Shown here: positions 18,893 to 29,700 of the stretch, piece by piece | How positions within the stretch are numbered: position 1 is the first letter of the stretch | Layout: each line of letters opens with the position of its first letter | NCBI GenBank assembly: GCA_035352955.1 | Contig: DAOPYQ010000003.1 | Location: 76,901-140,900 of the forward strand | Source of the DNA: Candidatus Omnitrophota bacterium | GTDB lineage: Bacteria; Omnitrophota; Omnitrophia; Omnitrophales; Aquincolibacteriaceae | Direction of reading: 5' to 3' | DNA: 64,000 nucleotides | Program-made: the position numbers and the translations under genes | Notes under the pieces: model-generated | What the model saw: only the letters and a program-made list of their open reading frames with translations | Databases searched by the model: none | What the model was told of the DNA's origin: nothing

Positions 18893-19885
18893 TTAATTTG
18901 CCGACCCCGGCATCATTTCTTTCTCGGCGGAAGCCTGTTCCTTCAGCCCGCCGCAGAAGGCGTACACAACCCCCGCGCCGACGCTGAACGAATAGATCAG
19001 GATGTCCATCAGAAGCGTCAGGGCTAGCGCCCGCTCCGCCGGCAAATAGCGGCTAAAAAGGTAAAGGACACTCGCTTCGCGCACGCCAAGTCCGCCGATG
19101 GACGGAGCCATACTAACGATGCTGATGACGGGTATCAAGATAAAAAATTTCCAGAAGTTGATATCGACACCAAGACTGACCGCGATCAGGTAGTTCACGG
19201 CGATAAAAACCGCTTGCCCGACGAACGACAGCAGGATCGCGACCAGGACCGGCCCCCGGTGGTGCCGGTAACCGTAGATCGCATGATAAACCTCCGCAAG
19301 ACGATGTTTCAGCTTCTCGCTCGGGACCAAAATTTTGAGCCCCTTGAACAGACGGGCGAAACGTTTGCTGGCAAAGAACACGACGAAAAAACCGAGCACG
19401 ACACAGGCCCCGTAAACCGCATATTCGATATAAGGGTTCGAGGCCTCCTTACTAAAATACATCATCCCGAAGACAGCCATCGAGATCGTCGCGAGGAACC
19501 CCAGTAACCGGTCCAGAAGGATCGAGGTCGCGGATTCGATCTTCTTCCCGGAATGCTTATAAGCGTAATAGGCCCGGACCACGTCCCCGCCAAGCGCTGA
19601 CGGTAAGAACAGGTTATAAAAAAGCCCCACAAAGGTGAGGTAATAGCATTCCCCAAACTTCATCCGGATCTCCTGGACGCGGAAAACCCACTGGATACGC
19701 TCCGAGACAATGGCCAGACCGATGAAATATCCGACCACGGCAAAGCCGAACCACTCCCAACGGACCTCGCTCTTGAGGATCCCGAGGGATTCGTGAAGCT
19801 TGTCTCGCATAAGAAAAATCACGAGGCCGAGAACGGCGAAACTGATAAAAAAACGGAGGATCTTGCCCCGGAGACCGTTCTTCAT
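18893..19885 (-). CDS. flippase-like / lysylphosphatidylglycerol-synthase transmembrane-domain family membrane protein
   Basis: Polytopic membrane protein with FYNLFLPSALGGDVVRAYY. The start at 19885 (MKNGLRGK) avoids overlap with the upstream gene. Confidence 0.75.
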   Translation of the reverse strand: MKNGLRGKILRFFISFAVLGLVIFLMRDKLHESLGILKSEVRWEWFGFAVVGYFIGLAIVSERIQWVFRVQEIRMKFGECYYLTFVGLFYNLFLPSALGGDVVRAYYAYKHSGKKIESATSILLDRLLGFLATISMAVFGMMYFSKEASNPYIEYAVYGACVVLGFFVVFFASKRFARLFKGLKILVPSEKLKHRLAEVYHAIYGYRHHRGPVLVAILLSFVGQAVFIAVNYLIAVSLGVDINFWKFFILIPVISIVSMAPSIGGLGVREASVLYLFSRYLPAERALALTLLMDILIYSFSVGAGVVYAFCGGLKEQASAEKEMMPGSAN

Positions 19886-19904
19886 GAGAGAAAGGAAGCG
19901 CCGG

Positions 19905-20273
19905 TCATACGCTCTGGGAAAACTTGATCTGGAGTTGGCTAACGAGGGTTTCAAGCATTTTCTTTTCGTCGTCACTCAGGTTGCCCTGGGTCTTTTCACG
20001 AAGCGCAACCAGGATATCGATCGCTTCCTTCGCTCCTTCGGGATTGAGCTCGGTCTGCTGGGTCATGGGATTGGGAATGTCCCCGAGGTTCATCAGGGCC
20101 TGGTAGCCGAGGGACTGGACCAGGGAAAGAAAGGCCTTGGAAATCGAGGCCGGGGCTTTGGATTTCTCCGCGGGAGGGACAGGTGCGGCCTTAGCCTTGA
20201 CGTTTTCGACCTGCTCTTTCCAGCTGTCGTCGACCTTCTTTTCCGTAAACCGGATATCTTTATTCTTTTCCAT
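19905..20273 (-). CDS. DUF1844-like small protein
   Basis: Pattern FLSLVQSLGYQALMNLGDIPNP...AIDILVALREKTQGNLSDDE. The track start at 20303 is a TTG, so I prefer the ATG at 20273. Confidence 0.65.
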   Translation of the reverse strand: MEKNKDIRFTEKKVDDSWKEQVENVKAKAAPVPPAEKSKAPASISKAFLSLVQSLGYQALMNLGDIPNPMTQQTELNPEGAKEAIDILVALREKTQGNLSDDEKKMLETLVSQLQIKFSQSV

Positions 20274-20452
20274 GACCCCTACGCTTCCGTTTGACCGGTC
20301 CAACCCCCTGGGTTAGACGACTCATTTCGCGCCATTGTAACCGATTTCCTATAAACCTTTCAACCTTTCACAACTTTTCCGTCTAAAACCCACTTCGGAG
20401 ACCCGGTCTCCGAGGCGGTGGGTACGCCGTTCGAAAAAAAACGCCCACGGAT

Positions 20453-20536
20453 AAAAAAAAAGAGGTTCGTGACCGAGTGGGGATCTTTGTGGCCACGAAC
20501 CTCTGCAGGTGAGTCGAGACCCGTAAGTCTCGCAAT
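20453..20536 (-). ncRNA. candidate ~84-nt small RNA (promoter-to-terminator unit)
   Basis: It begins about 7 nt after a TTGACA-N17-TATAGT promoter. It contains hairpin CGAGAC-UUACGG-GUCUCG and a 10-bp terminator stem (gaggttcgtg/cacgaacctc) followed by U9. I recognise no known RNA family. Confidence 0.4.
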
Positions 20537-20542
20537 GAAGAT

Positions 20543-20571
20543 ACTATACTCCCAAAATTCCGGACTGTCAA
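20543..20571 (-). promoter_or_regulatory. near-consensus sigma-70 promoter
   Basis: The minus strand reads TTGACA gtccggaattttgggag TATAGT. The spacer is exactly 17 nt by my count. Confidence 0.5.
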
Positions 20572-20656
20572 CGGCGCGGCCCGCCTTCTCACCCCATATT
20601 TTCATTGCAAAAACCCCAAGTAAAACCCGGCCTTGCTAGAATGACGGGCAGGAAAA

Positions 20657-20698
20657 TAAAAAAAAAAAGAAGGGGCACGGTTTTCCCATATCCCCTTC
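20657..20698 (-). terminator. rho-independent terminator of the giant gene
   Basis: Minus strand: GAAGGGG-atatgggaaaaccgtg-CCCCTTC followed by T11, about 35 nt after the stop at 20734. Confidence 0.7.
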
Positions 20699-20733
20699 TT
20701 TGGTAAAGCCTTACGCCGCGATCGCAACCGGCT

Positions 20734-23700
20734 TTAAGCGGCCGACGCGATCCTCTGGAACGCTTCGAACAGCACCTGCATGTTCTGCAGCATGCCATCG
20801 ATACTCTTCTTCGTGATCGCCAAACCCGAGGCGCCTTCTTTTTCAAAACCCGGCATTTTCAACAAAAGATCGGCCATCTGCTCCGGCGTCATTCCGCTCA
20901 GATTCCAGATCTTCTGGGCGCCGCGCATAGCCACACGACCCACCGCAGCCTGCGAAACGGCCCCCTGAACATTGTCCGCTTCGCGAACCACCACCCCGGT
21001 GACAAAGCTAAGATTCAGAAAGCTCAGAGCATTCGCCGTACCGGTCAAGACATACCCTTTCCCTTTAACCAGGGCCAGGAACTCCGCTGCCTTGGAATTA
21101 AAATCGTGCGCTTGAGGATCAAAAACCCTGATATCCACCTGGCTGATGAACGCCGGCCGGTGGATCTTATTGGCCCACGCCGCAAAATCCAGGAGAACCT
21201 GACGCACCGCGGCAGCATCGATCCCCGAGCCCAGCACCATCGTATCAAACCGCATATTGGGGTTCAGAAGCAGATTAAACTTCAAGAGAGCCAGAAACAC
21301 CTTCGGGTCCTTGAAGCCTTCGATCACTTTCACCAGACGGCCCGCATCCCCGCTGATCGGCAGAGGCATATTCGGCACCGCATTCTGCAACTGCTCCGTC
21401 AGACCCGTAATGGTCCGCTCATCGACAAGCAATGAGATCGCGATGATCACCGGCGCGAGAGCTTCCATATTGTCGCGTGCAATCCCCTCCGTCAGCGCCA
21501 CCGCCACCTTAAGCGCCGGCGTTTTGAGCTCAGATTCCGGGATCCCCATCGCCTTCAGCGCTTCCCGTGTCGTCTCCATCGCCGTCCGGACCTGCTGCTT
21601 TGTAAAATTCTGTTCGACCCACTTGGCTACGGCAAGCTGCCTTTCGGAAACAGAAACGTCCCGGCGTTCGGCGCGCCCGGCTTCGGCGGCCTTGACCTTT
21701 GCAGCCTCCTCGAGACGCTCAGCCTTAGCCTTCGCCGCGAGAGCGAGAGCGATCGCCCGCATCTCATCAAAAGTCGCGCCCCGGTCGATCGCCGTCTTGA
21801 TCGCCACACGCCCGGCGCCCTCAATTTCAGCCAGCGACACCACCGCCGAAAGCAAGAGAACCTCCCGCTCATCCGACGTGGTCGCCTTGTCCGTAATAAT
21901 GTCGCGAAGCGAACGGAAACCAACGATTTCCCGGCCCTCGGCATCGCGGGCGGGAGCATCAAAACTATTAAAGAAATCCGTGTACTTCTGATATCGAGTG
22001 TCCGTCTGTCCCAGAATGAGCCCGGCCGCATCGGGCTTGGCATCCGCGGGAATCTTCAACACGTTCCAGAAGGCGTGACTGACCTGGTGCTTGGATTTTG
22101 CAGCCGCATTCCACACCTTGAAGTCCGCGATGTTATTGTTGTCCTCAAGCGCCAGACCCGGCACCTCGCGGCTCAGAATCTCAAGAGCTTTGTCCGAGGT
22201 CATTTCCAATTTCCCGGCGCGCGGCGACAAAGCCGTACGAACGGACGGCGCTTCGATCCTAGTGACAGCCTCCTCGCTCAGAACCCACTCCTGGGGAAAC
22301 GTATTGATCCCGGAAGTCAATTTTGTGAGATCCAGATCCTTCGGGATCATGACATTCTGCGGCGCGATCCCCCGCACCAGGTGGCGGATGTAAAGATTTC
22401 CTTCAAACGCGAACACCGCAACCACAAAATTCGCATCCAGAACAAACTGCGGATCGTTCGAGCTGACCCGGATCTCCACTTTTTTCTTGTCACCGCTCAA
22501 GCGCACATTGATACGGCTCGGAACACCTTCCAGGTCCGTCCTCGCGGCATTCACGGAAGTTTCGAGAGCCGTCGCCTCCAGTACTTCGGACTGGATCGCC
22601 AACGCCTGCTCCTTCGTGTATGTTTTGAGGCTCCGGATAAGCTCCTGAAGCTCGGTTTTCGTAGCACCTTCGGGGAACCCATACGTTTCAACGATCGTCT
22701 CCAACGTCCGCACAAGCTCCGGCCTTGAATTTTTCATGAAATACGCATTCTCAAACGCACGCACTCTCAAACCCAAATTGGTATCTTGCGGCGTGAACGA
22801 CCGCTGTCTTATAATGGAAGTCAAACGGAAAGCCTCGTCCAATTCGTTCAACGTCATCTCCCGCTTCTCTGCGCGGAGGGTGGAAAGGGCCAGCGACGAA
22901 AACAACCGGAAAGCCTCGTCGGCGCGGGCCTGATCCTCCGGAGCAACGGTAAAGAGTTTCGTTTTGATCGATCTCAGGGTCATGGAGGTATCATCCCCAT
23001 CGTCGTACTTTTGTTTCGCCATCTGGATGATCCCGACGAGGTCCATCGTCGTGATCCCCCGAGCCACACTCTCAGCTTCCGTCAAAGCGCTCAGGATCTG
23101 CGGAGGATCGATCACCCTTGAAAGATCCGAAGCCGTCAAGATGGGCTCTTCCTGTCCGACAACCGTTGGCGTCCTCTGAGCCGCAGTAGAAACCCTGATC
23201 GCTGAAGCCAGCGGCGGCACATTCGCCGCCATGGGAACATCCCGCTTCTCACTGTTGGCGCGAAGTTCCTTCGAAACAGCGGCCTTCGCGGCTTCCGAGA
23301 ATTTCCCGGTAAAAAACGGATTCAATTCCGCGAAAGTATCGCGACTGACCGAGGGCCTCCGGGCCTTCCGGTACAATTGCCACGCGCCATAGATCGCCTT
23401 AACCAACGATTCGTTGCCGGTGGCACTCTGGGTAGCCGCCCAAAACGCGGCATCGATCTCTCTGTCCGTTAAAGTCCCCTGTTGAACAACCTGCAGCGCT
23501 GTCCAATTCACCGTGGGGTCACCCTCCTCCGTCAGACCACGCTTCTCCGCGCGGATTTCTTTGCGCGACGCGGCATCGAGCATGGGACGAAGCCCGTCCA
23601 AATAGTGTTTCACGGCCGCATTGTAGGCCTTGGCTTTGAAAACGCTTGTATTGGCATAAAGATCCTTAACCGTTTTAAGAGCATCCCGGTCCAGCGGCGT

Positions 23701-26700
23701 GTCCACCGGTGTCGCGCTATCAAGTCCGACGCCTCCGTTCCGTCCTTTCCCCAAATCCGCGGCCTCGCTCCGCACCGCAGCGCCGCCGGCGTTAAACCGG
23801 TAGAAAGAGATCAGATCATCGAACAGCGCCATCCATTTTTCGGCACGCACAGCCTGCGAATTCTTGGGATCCAAGGCTCCCGCAAGAAGATCTTCCAAAA
23901 CAACGTGCTTGCGCGCGCGAACGATCTTGACAAGATCCTCAACCGTTTTCGGGGCTTCGACCAGCGCCCCAGCCGTCACAACGGTCCCCGTGGGAGTCAC
24001 GACCATCCCGGCCGTCGCAGCAACCGGAACCGACGTCATGAGCAGACCCGCAGCCGCCAGTTCCTGGATTCCGAGCCGCTTTTCCGCCCGGGTGATGTCC
24101 ACGATCTCGTTAGAACCAAGTAAAACCACCATCACACGGCCTGTTACCTGCCGGACCTCGGTACTGTTCGCGTTCAAGCCGGGCATGTGCTCGTCCCAAA
24201 GTTGACGCAAGATCGGAAAGACAATCCGCGAATTGACCGCGTAGAAATCAAGCCCTTTGAATGCGCCGACACCTTTACGCGCAACGATGGCATTCGCAAG
24301 CGCTTCGATCAGCCGGTCCTGCTCATCAGCGGCAGTAGCCAGACGCAATCTCGTCGCTAAATCAATGACCTCGGGCGCTGTGCTTAAGAATTCTATAGCT
24401 TCCAGATTTATTCCCTTCACCTCCGAGCGGGCGGGAGGACGGACCCCGAGCCGCTTTTCCGCCCGGGTGATGTCCGCGATCTCGTTAGAACCAAGTTTGA
24501 TCCGGTGAGTCACGGGACTCATGGCCCGGTTAATGACGACCCTGTAGGAAACTCCCGTCTTCAATTGTCCTTTGAGGAGCTCCTGCCAACGGAAAGTCCG
24601 ATCATCGAAAACAATCGTCGGCCCATCCGTCGTAACATGCACCGTCATCCCGATCCCCTTTGACGCATTCTTTTCCAAACGTCCCGCCAGGAAAGGAACA
24701 ACCTGGTCGGCGGAAAGTACTTCAGTCGCCAACTGGCGCGCGGCAACGACAACGTCGCGATTAGCCTCAACATGGGCAGTCTCGATCTTCCGCGCCAGAT
24801 CCTCTTTCTGAAGATCGTCGTAGAATTCGGCTCCCAACACGCCCTGCGAAATCTCCGCCGCGGAATAGCCCTTCGAATCGGACTGTTTGATCAGCTCGAT
24901 CTGCGCCGCATTCAAGCCGAAACTCTCAAGGCCCTCGGCCAACCTCGCCATAAGCTCGAAATTAACACCTCGCAGCGTCAGCGCAAGCTGCAACGTCTCA
25001 CGCTGGATCGCCAACGCGAGCCGCTGTCTCGCGCTTTTGATCCGGCCTTTAACAAGATCCCGGTCGATCGACAGGAAATCCTCGGCAAGCTCCGCGGTGG
25101 ACGCACGGTCCAACTCACTGAGCCTCTTAAACTGCGGAACCGCGCCCGTCCAGAGACGCAGCTGCAATTCGATACGTTCGGGGCTGGTTGTGAGCCACCG
25201 TTTAAGAGACTCACTCTGCTTCGGAAAAAGCGTCACAAAAGATTCGGCCAGATCCCTGAAAAGTCCGGTAAAGAGCATCGCCAAAGGTAAAAACAAAGCG
25301 ATCCCCCCCACCGCCAACGCGTACACCGGGATCCCGAGAGATGCATTAGCGAACGCCACCGCCGCCGCCACAGACACTCCGGCACTCAGGGCGAGACTCC
25401 CCCCGCGGATAACCTGCATAGTCTTTTCAGAAAGCGGTGACACCGAAGGCTCTTCGAGGGAAGATTGGTAGACCGCTGACCAGACGAACTTGAGGACTGC
25501 GCGGATCACGGTCGTAGAACCGGCCGCGATCAGCAAAAACACTGCGATAGTCGGCAGAACCGCCAGCGTACCGACTGCTGCTGCCAATGCCTGCAGAAAG
25601 AAAAACGCCGGGATCAACGCCAGCATCCAGCTGGCCGTTTCCAGGCTTCCACGAATCCCGGCTTCCCTGTCCTCACGGGCCTGTTCGGCTTGCATCGCTA
25701 CGGACATCGCCGGATTGAGCGCCGCGTTTGCGAGATTCACCTGACGGCGTTCCGCGACACGCGCGGCTTCTCCCGAGACGTAATAAGAGATCTGGTCATA
25801 AATAACCGCAAGCGACGGGATCGCAAGTGTCGCCGCGACGATCAGGGGCATGATAAAAATCCCGGTCACCCCGGCCAACACTCCGCTGATGAACGGATAC
25901 ACAAGACCGGCGATCGACGTCGCTCCGGCGGCGATATTCGCGCCCAGGGACGTTCCGATCGTCATAAAATCCTTTTTCTCGCCGCGCTTTTCCGCGCGGA
26001 TAGAAAAAGCAAAAGCATTGAAAGCTCTTTCAGCGACCGCAACGGTGATCCTGCCATCATCATCCACCTGCGGGGCGAAAAGAAGCTCCCACAAACGCGT
26101 CAGATCCGGATTAGCAGACATCTTCGGGATTTTCCCTGTCGCCCGCACCATGACCCCCTGACGTTGATGATAAGCCTCCCAGGCCGCCTGGAGGACATTC
26201 CAAACATTTTTGTCGCGTTCCACCGCCTGAGTAAGAACAGCCCTATGAAAAGCCGACTCGATCTCCACCGGGGTCGGCTTAAAATCCATCCCCATCGGAT
26301 CCTTGGCATACGCCTCAACAACCCGGGCAAAGGTTTCTTCGAGAATAGCCGCGTCCTTGATCCTTTTAGGGTCAAAACACTGCGTCTTAAGCGTCGCCAG
26401 GTCCATGTTGGCGGGCGTTCCCAGGCGCTTTTGTTCCTCTAGCCATTTGGAGTACTGTCCCATGGCTGAATCAAGAGCATCCTGGATCTTAGAGATCTTT
26501 ATTTTCTCAGGGGACTCCTCGGCCGCGTTCCGGAACGATGAGCTTTCAATTTCGGCGGCCAATTGGACCCTTTCAAAAGCCCTCCGGATCTGGAAAGATT
26601 CCAGATCCGCCCGCAGGTCCGCGCCGCGTCTTTCCGAGCGCAGACTGGACACGAACAGATCATAGGCCTCATCCACATCCGCCTGCGTGATCCGGGGTTC

Positions 26701-29700
26701 CGCGGTTTTGGGTTGACGGCCCGTCTGTTCGGTAAAAAACGACTTCATGCCGGACAACGTTAAGGCGGCTATTTTCTTGTAAGCTTCCGCTTGTCCCCGG
26801 GCAAGTGTCACCTCTTTGTTGTAAGCCTCCCAAGCCTGTTCGAGAACATTCAACGCGGAACCCGTCGCAAGGGCTGACGCCCGGTTAAAAGCGAACCACG
26901 CCCGAAGACCATTCACCGGCGTTTGCGGATTTACTCCGGTCGTTTCTTCGGCGCGTTTTTCCTGGCGCGACGCAGGCAGGCTCAATGGCTTGAGGATCCA
27001 AAGAACGCCGGCCACAGTGATGGTCGCGTTGGAAGTCGCTGTGGTGGCCCGGAGAATTATCGGCGTTTTGCGGTGACGAACCTCCATAAGAACGGCGTTA
27101 ACGCCCTGGAATTCCTCGTCGGTTAAAAACCGTCCGAGGCTCCCGCCTTTTTTACCATCCTCATATTGAACCACCGGATATTTCGCAAGGACCGCTTCAA
27201 GACGGCTCTGTTCCGCAACATTGTTGGTTTGCTGGGCCTGCGTAAGGGCTTCGGCGATCTGACCGATCTGGACCCGGACCTGGTCGGCGTCGACCTGGAG
27301 GAACTTCGCAAGATCCGCGACCTGCTTCTCGGTAAATACTATCTTCTGCTCCCCGGCAAGCTGCGTCGCCCGTTTTTCTTGGCGTCCGGCAAGTGTCACC
27401 GGGACGGAAAAAAGCGGCCGTATCTCGATCGCATTGTCCTTCATACTCACCGAATATGTTTTTTCCATCGTCTCGGGAATCGAGTCGGGAAGATCCATCT
27501 GAAGCTTGAACTGCGCCAATTCCCCGAGATTTAAACTGTTTTTCGTCAACATCTGATCGTCCCCGGAATAGTTCCCCTCAAAAATGGGGTCTTTTCCGAC
27601 GAGATCGCTGTCCCCGAATCCGAAGATCCGGAGGGCCACGGAAGTCCTGCGGCCTTTATTTCCACGCGCGGTCAGCGTCCAAAGAGTATTCACCACGCGC
27701 GGAATGTTCTCCAATTGCGTTCCGCGGAGCTCCTTGCGGCCAGCGGCATTGAGAAACCCATTCGTCCCGCCAATGATCCCGGCAAAAAGTGTCGGAGAAT
27801 TGAGAAAAGCATTTGTCATGATCGTGTAGCTCGGCGTTTGGGGAGTCGCCTGAAAACCCCGGCTCACGACCGCCCAACCATTCGTATCGGTCAACCGATT
27901 GTTCGCGACAATATAAAAAACCATGTTGGTAATGTCCGAGGAAGTCCCCATCGTCCAACCCGCGAGAACCCCAGTGGGGGTTTTCTCAAGAAAATTCATG
28001 CGAGGAGAAGCCTCAGTGGTCTCGCCTTTACCAAACGAAACAAGTTGCGTCCCCACAGGCACTTCATTTGTTGTAAAAGCACCCGCCACACTCGCTATCG
28101 AGAGAGCAAAGATCAACCCAAGTGCGCGCCACATAGCCGGCAACATTTTCAAATTAACGGGCCCGCGTTCTGACGGCGTTCCGCGGAGCTCCTTGCGGCC
28201 AGCGGCATTGAGAAACCCATTCGTCCCGCCAATGATCCCGGCAAAAAGTGTCGGAGAATTGAGAAAAGCATTTGTCATGATCGTGTAGCTCGGCGTTTGG
28301 GGAGTCGCCTGAAAACCCCGGCTCACGACCGCCCAACCATTCGTATCGGTCAACCGATTGTTCGCGACAATATAAAAAACCATGTTGGTAATGTCCGAGG
28401 AAGTCCCCATCGTCCAACCCGCGAGAACCCCAGTGGGGGTTTTCTCAAGAAAATTCATGCGAGGAGAAGCCTCAGTGGTCTCGCCTTTACCAAACGAAAC
28501 AAGTTGCGTCCCCACAGGCACTTCATTCGTCGTGAAAGCTCTCGCCGAGAGCACTGCCCCAAACGCGAGAGACACGGCCAGCAAAATCGATTGTAATCCC
28601 CGGGAAATATAGATCGGCGATTTCACAACGGGCGCCGTTTCCTCAACGCCGAGGCCAAGCGCTGTAAAAAAGTTCATACCCAACCTGACCCCCAGCGCGC
28701 TAAGCGACCTCATCAGAGTGACATCCGTAAGCACCGGCATCACGGCCAAAAAGTCCCGGATCTCCTGCGTCAAACCCGGTTCGAGCGGACGTGTCGCGAT
28801 AATGTTATTCAACTCGGCAGCGATCTTTTCTTCCTTCTGGGCCCGCGTCATGCGCTTTTCCGCGCGGGTGTACGTGACCAGGATCGCCGGATTCCCAAAC
28901 CTGGAAGGACGGATTTGCACAACAAACGGCCCCTTACCGTTAACAGCCGCTAAAGCGTTCGTCAGGCTTTCCGGACCGGAATAATTGACCGGTTGCTCCG
29001 CCGTATCGCCGCCCATGATGAGAAAAACTCTTGCGGAAGGATTCAGTTCGACAAGACGGGCCACGGCTTCACGGACCCCGTCCAGATTGTCCACCTGCTT
29101 GGGTCCACGATAGTCCCGCCCGTCGATCACAGCGTCCACCTCGCCCCTCTTTTCCGCGCGGGGAGTACCCACGTCCCGATCGTCTTGAATCACGCCACCC
29201 GCAACCGGACCCATTTTTAGTAGATTCATATCCCCCGTAGGAATTTCCGGGGATTTCATCCGCGTGGCGGGTCCGTCCGGAAAGATACTTTTGGAAAGAC
29301 TCGCTCTCTCGTTCCTGTTGCGGATCCAGCGGGCGGCCGAAACCGCTCCGGCGACAACCCCCACGCCAAGGATCACGGCGAGAGACACGCCGGTCGTAAG
29401 AAAAGCCAGTCCTGCCGCCGCCAACGCGATCGCGACGCCGCCGAGAACAATGCTGTCTTTCCAGGCAGGCTGAAAATAAACCATCGAAATTTTGGAGAAA
29501 TCGAACTTCCCCGACGTGAGATCAGGGATCTTCCACTCGGCCAGCATTCTCTTGGCCAGTGTTTCCCTTTCATTAATACTAAAAAGCCTGTCTTGTAGCA
29601 AATGGTGTGCGAAGTTCGTCCTCTCGTCCTGCAGCAGCCACGGACTTTGGGCGGTCTGGGGAAGCTCCCGCTTTTGGTCCTCAGACTTCCCGCCGTTAAT

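Noticed and set aside
20360-20846. Short track ORFs (20360..20605, 20383..20592, 20418..20639, 20589..20846) in the spacer after the giant gene.
   Set aside because: They run through terminator hairpins and poly-A/T tracts, overlap one another in different frames and have no RBS. A non-coding RNA or leader explains the region better.
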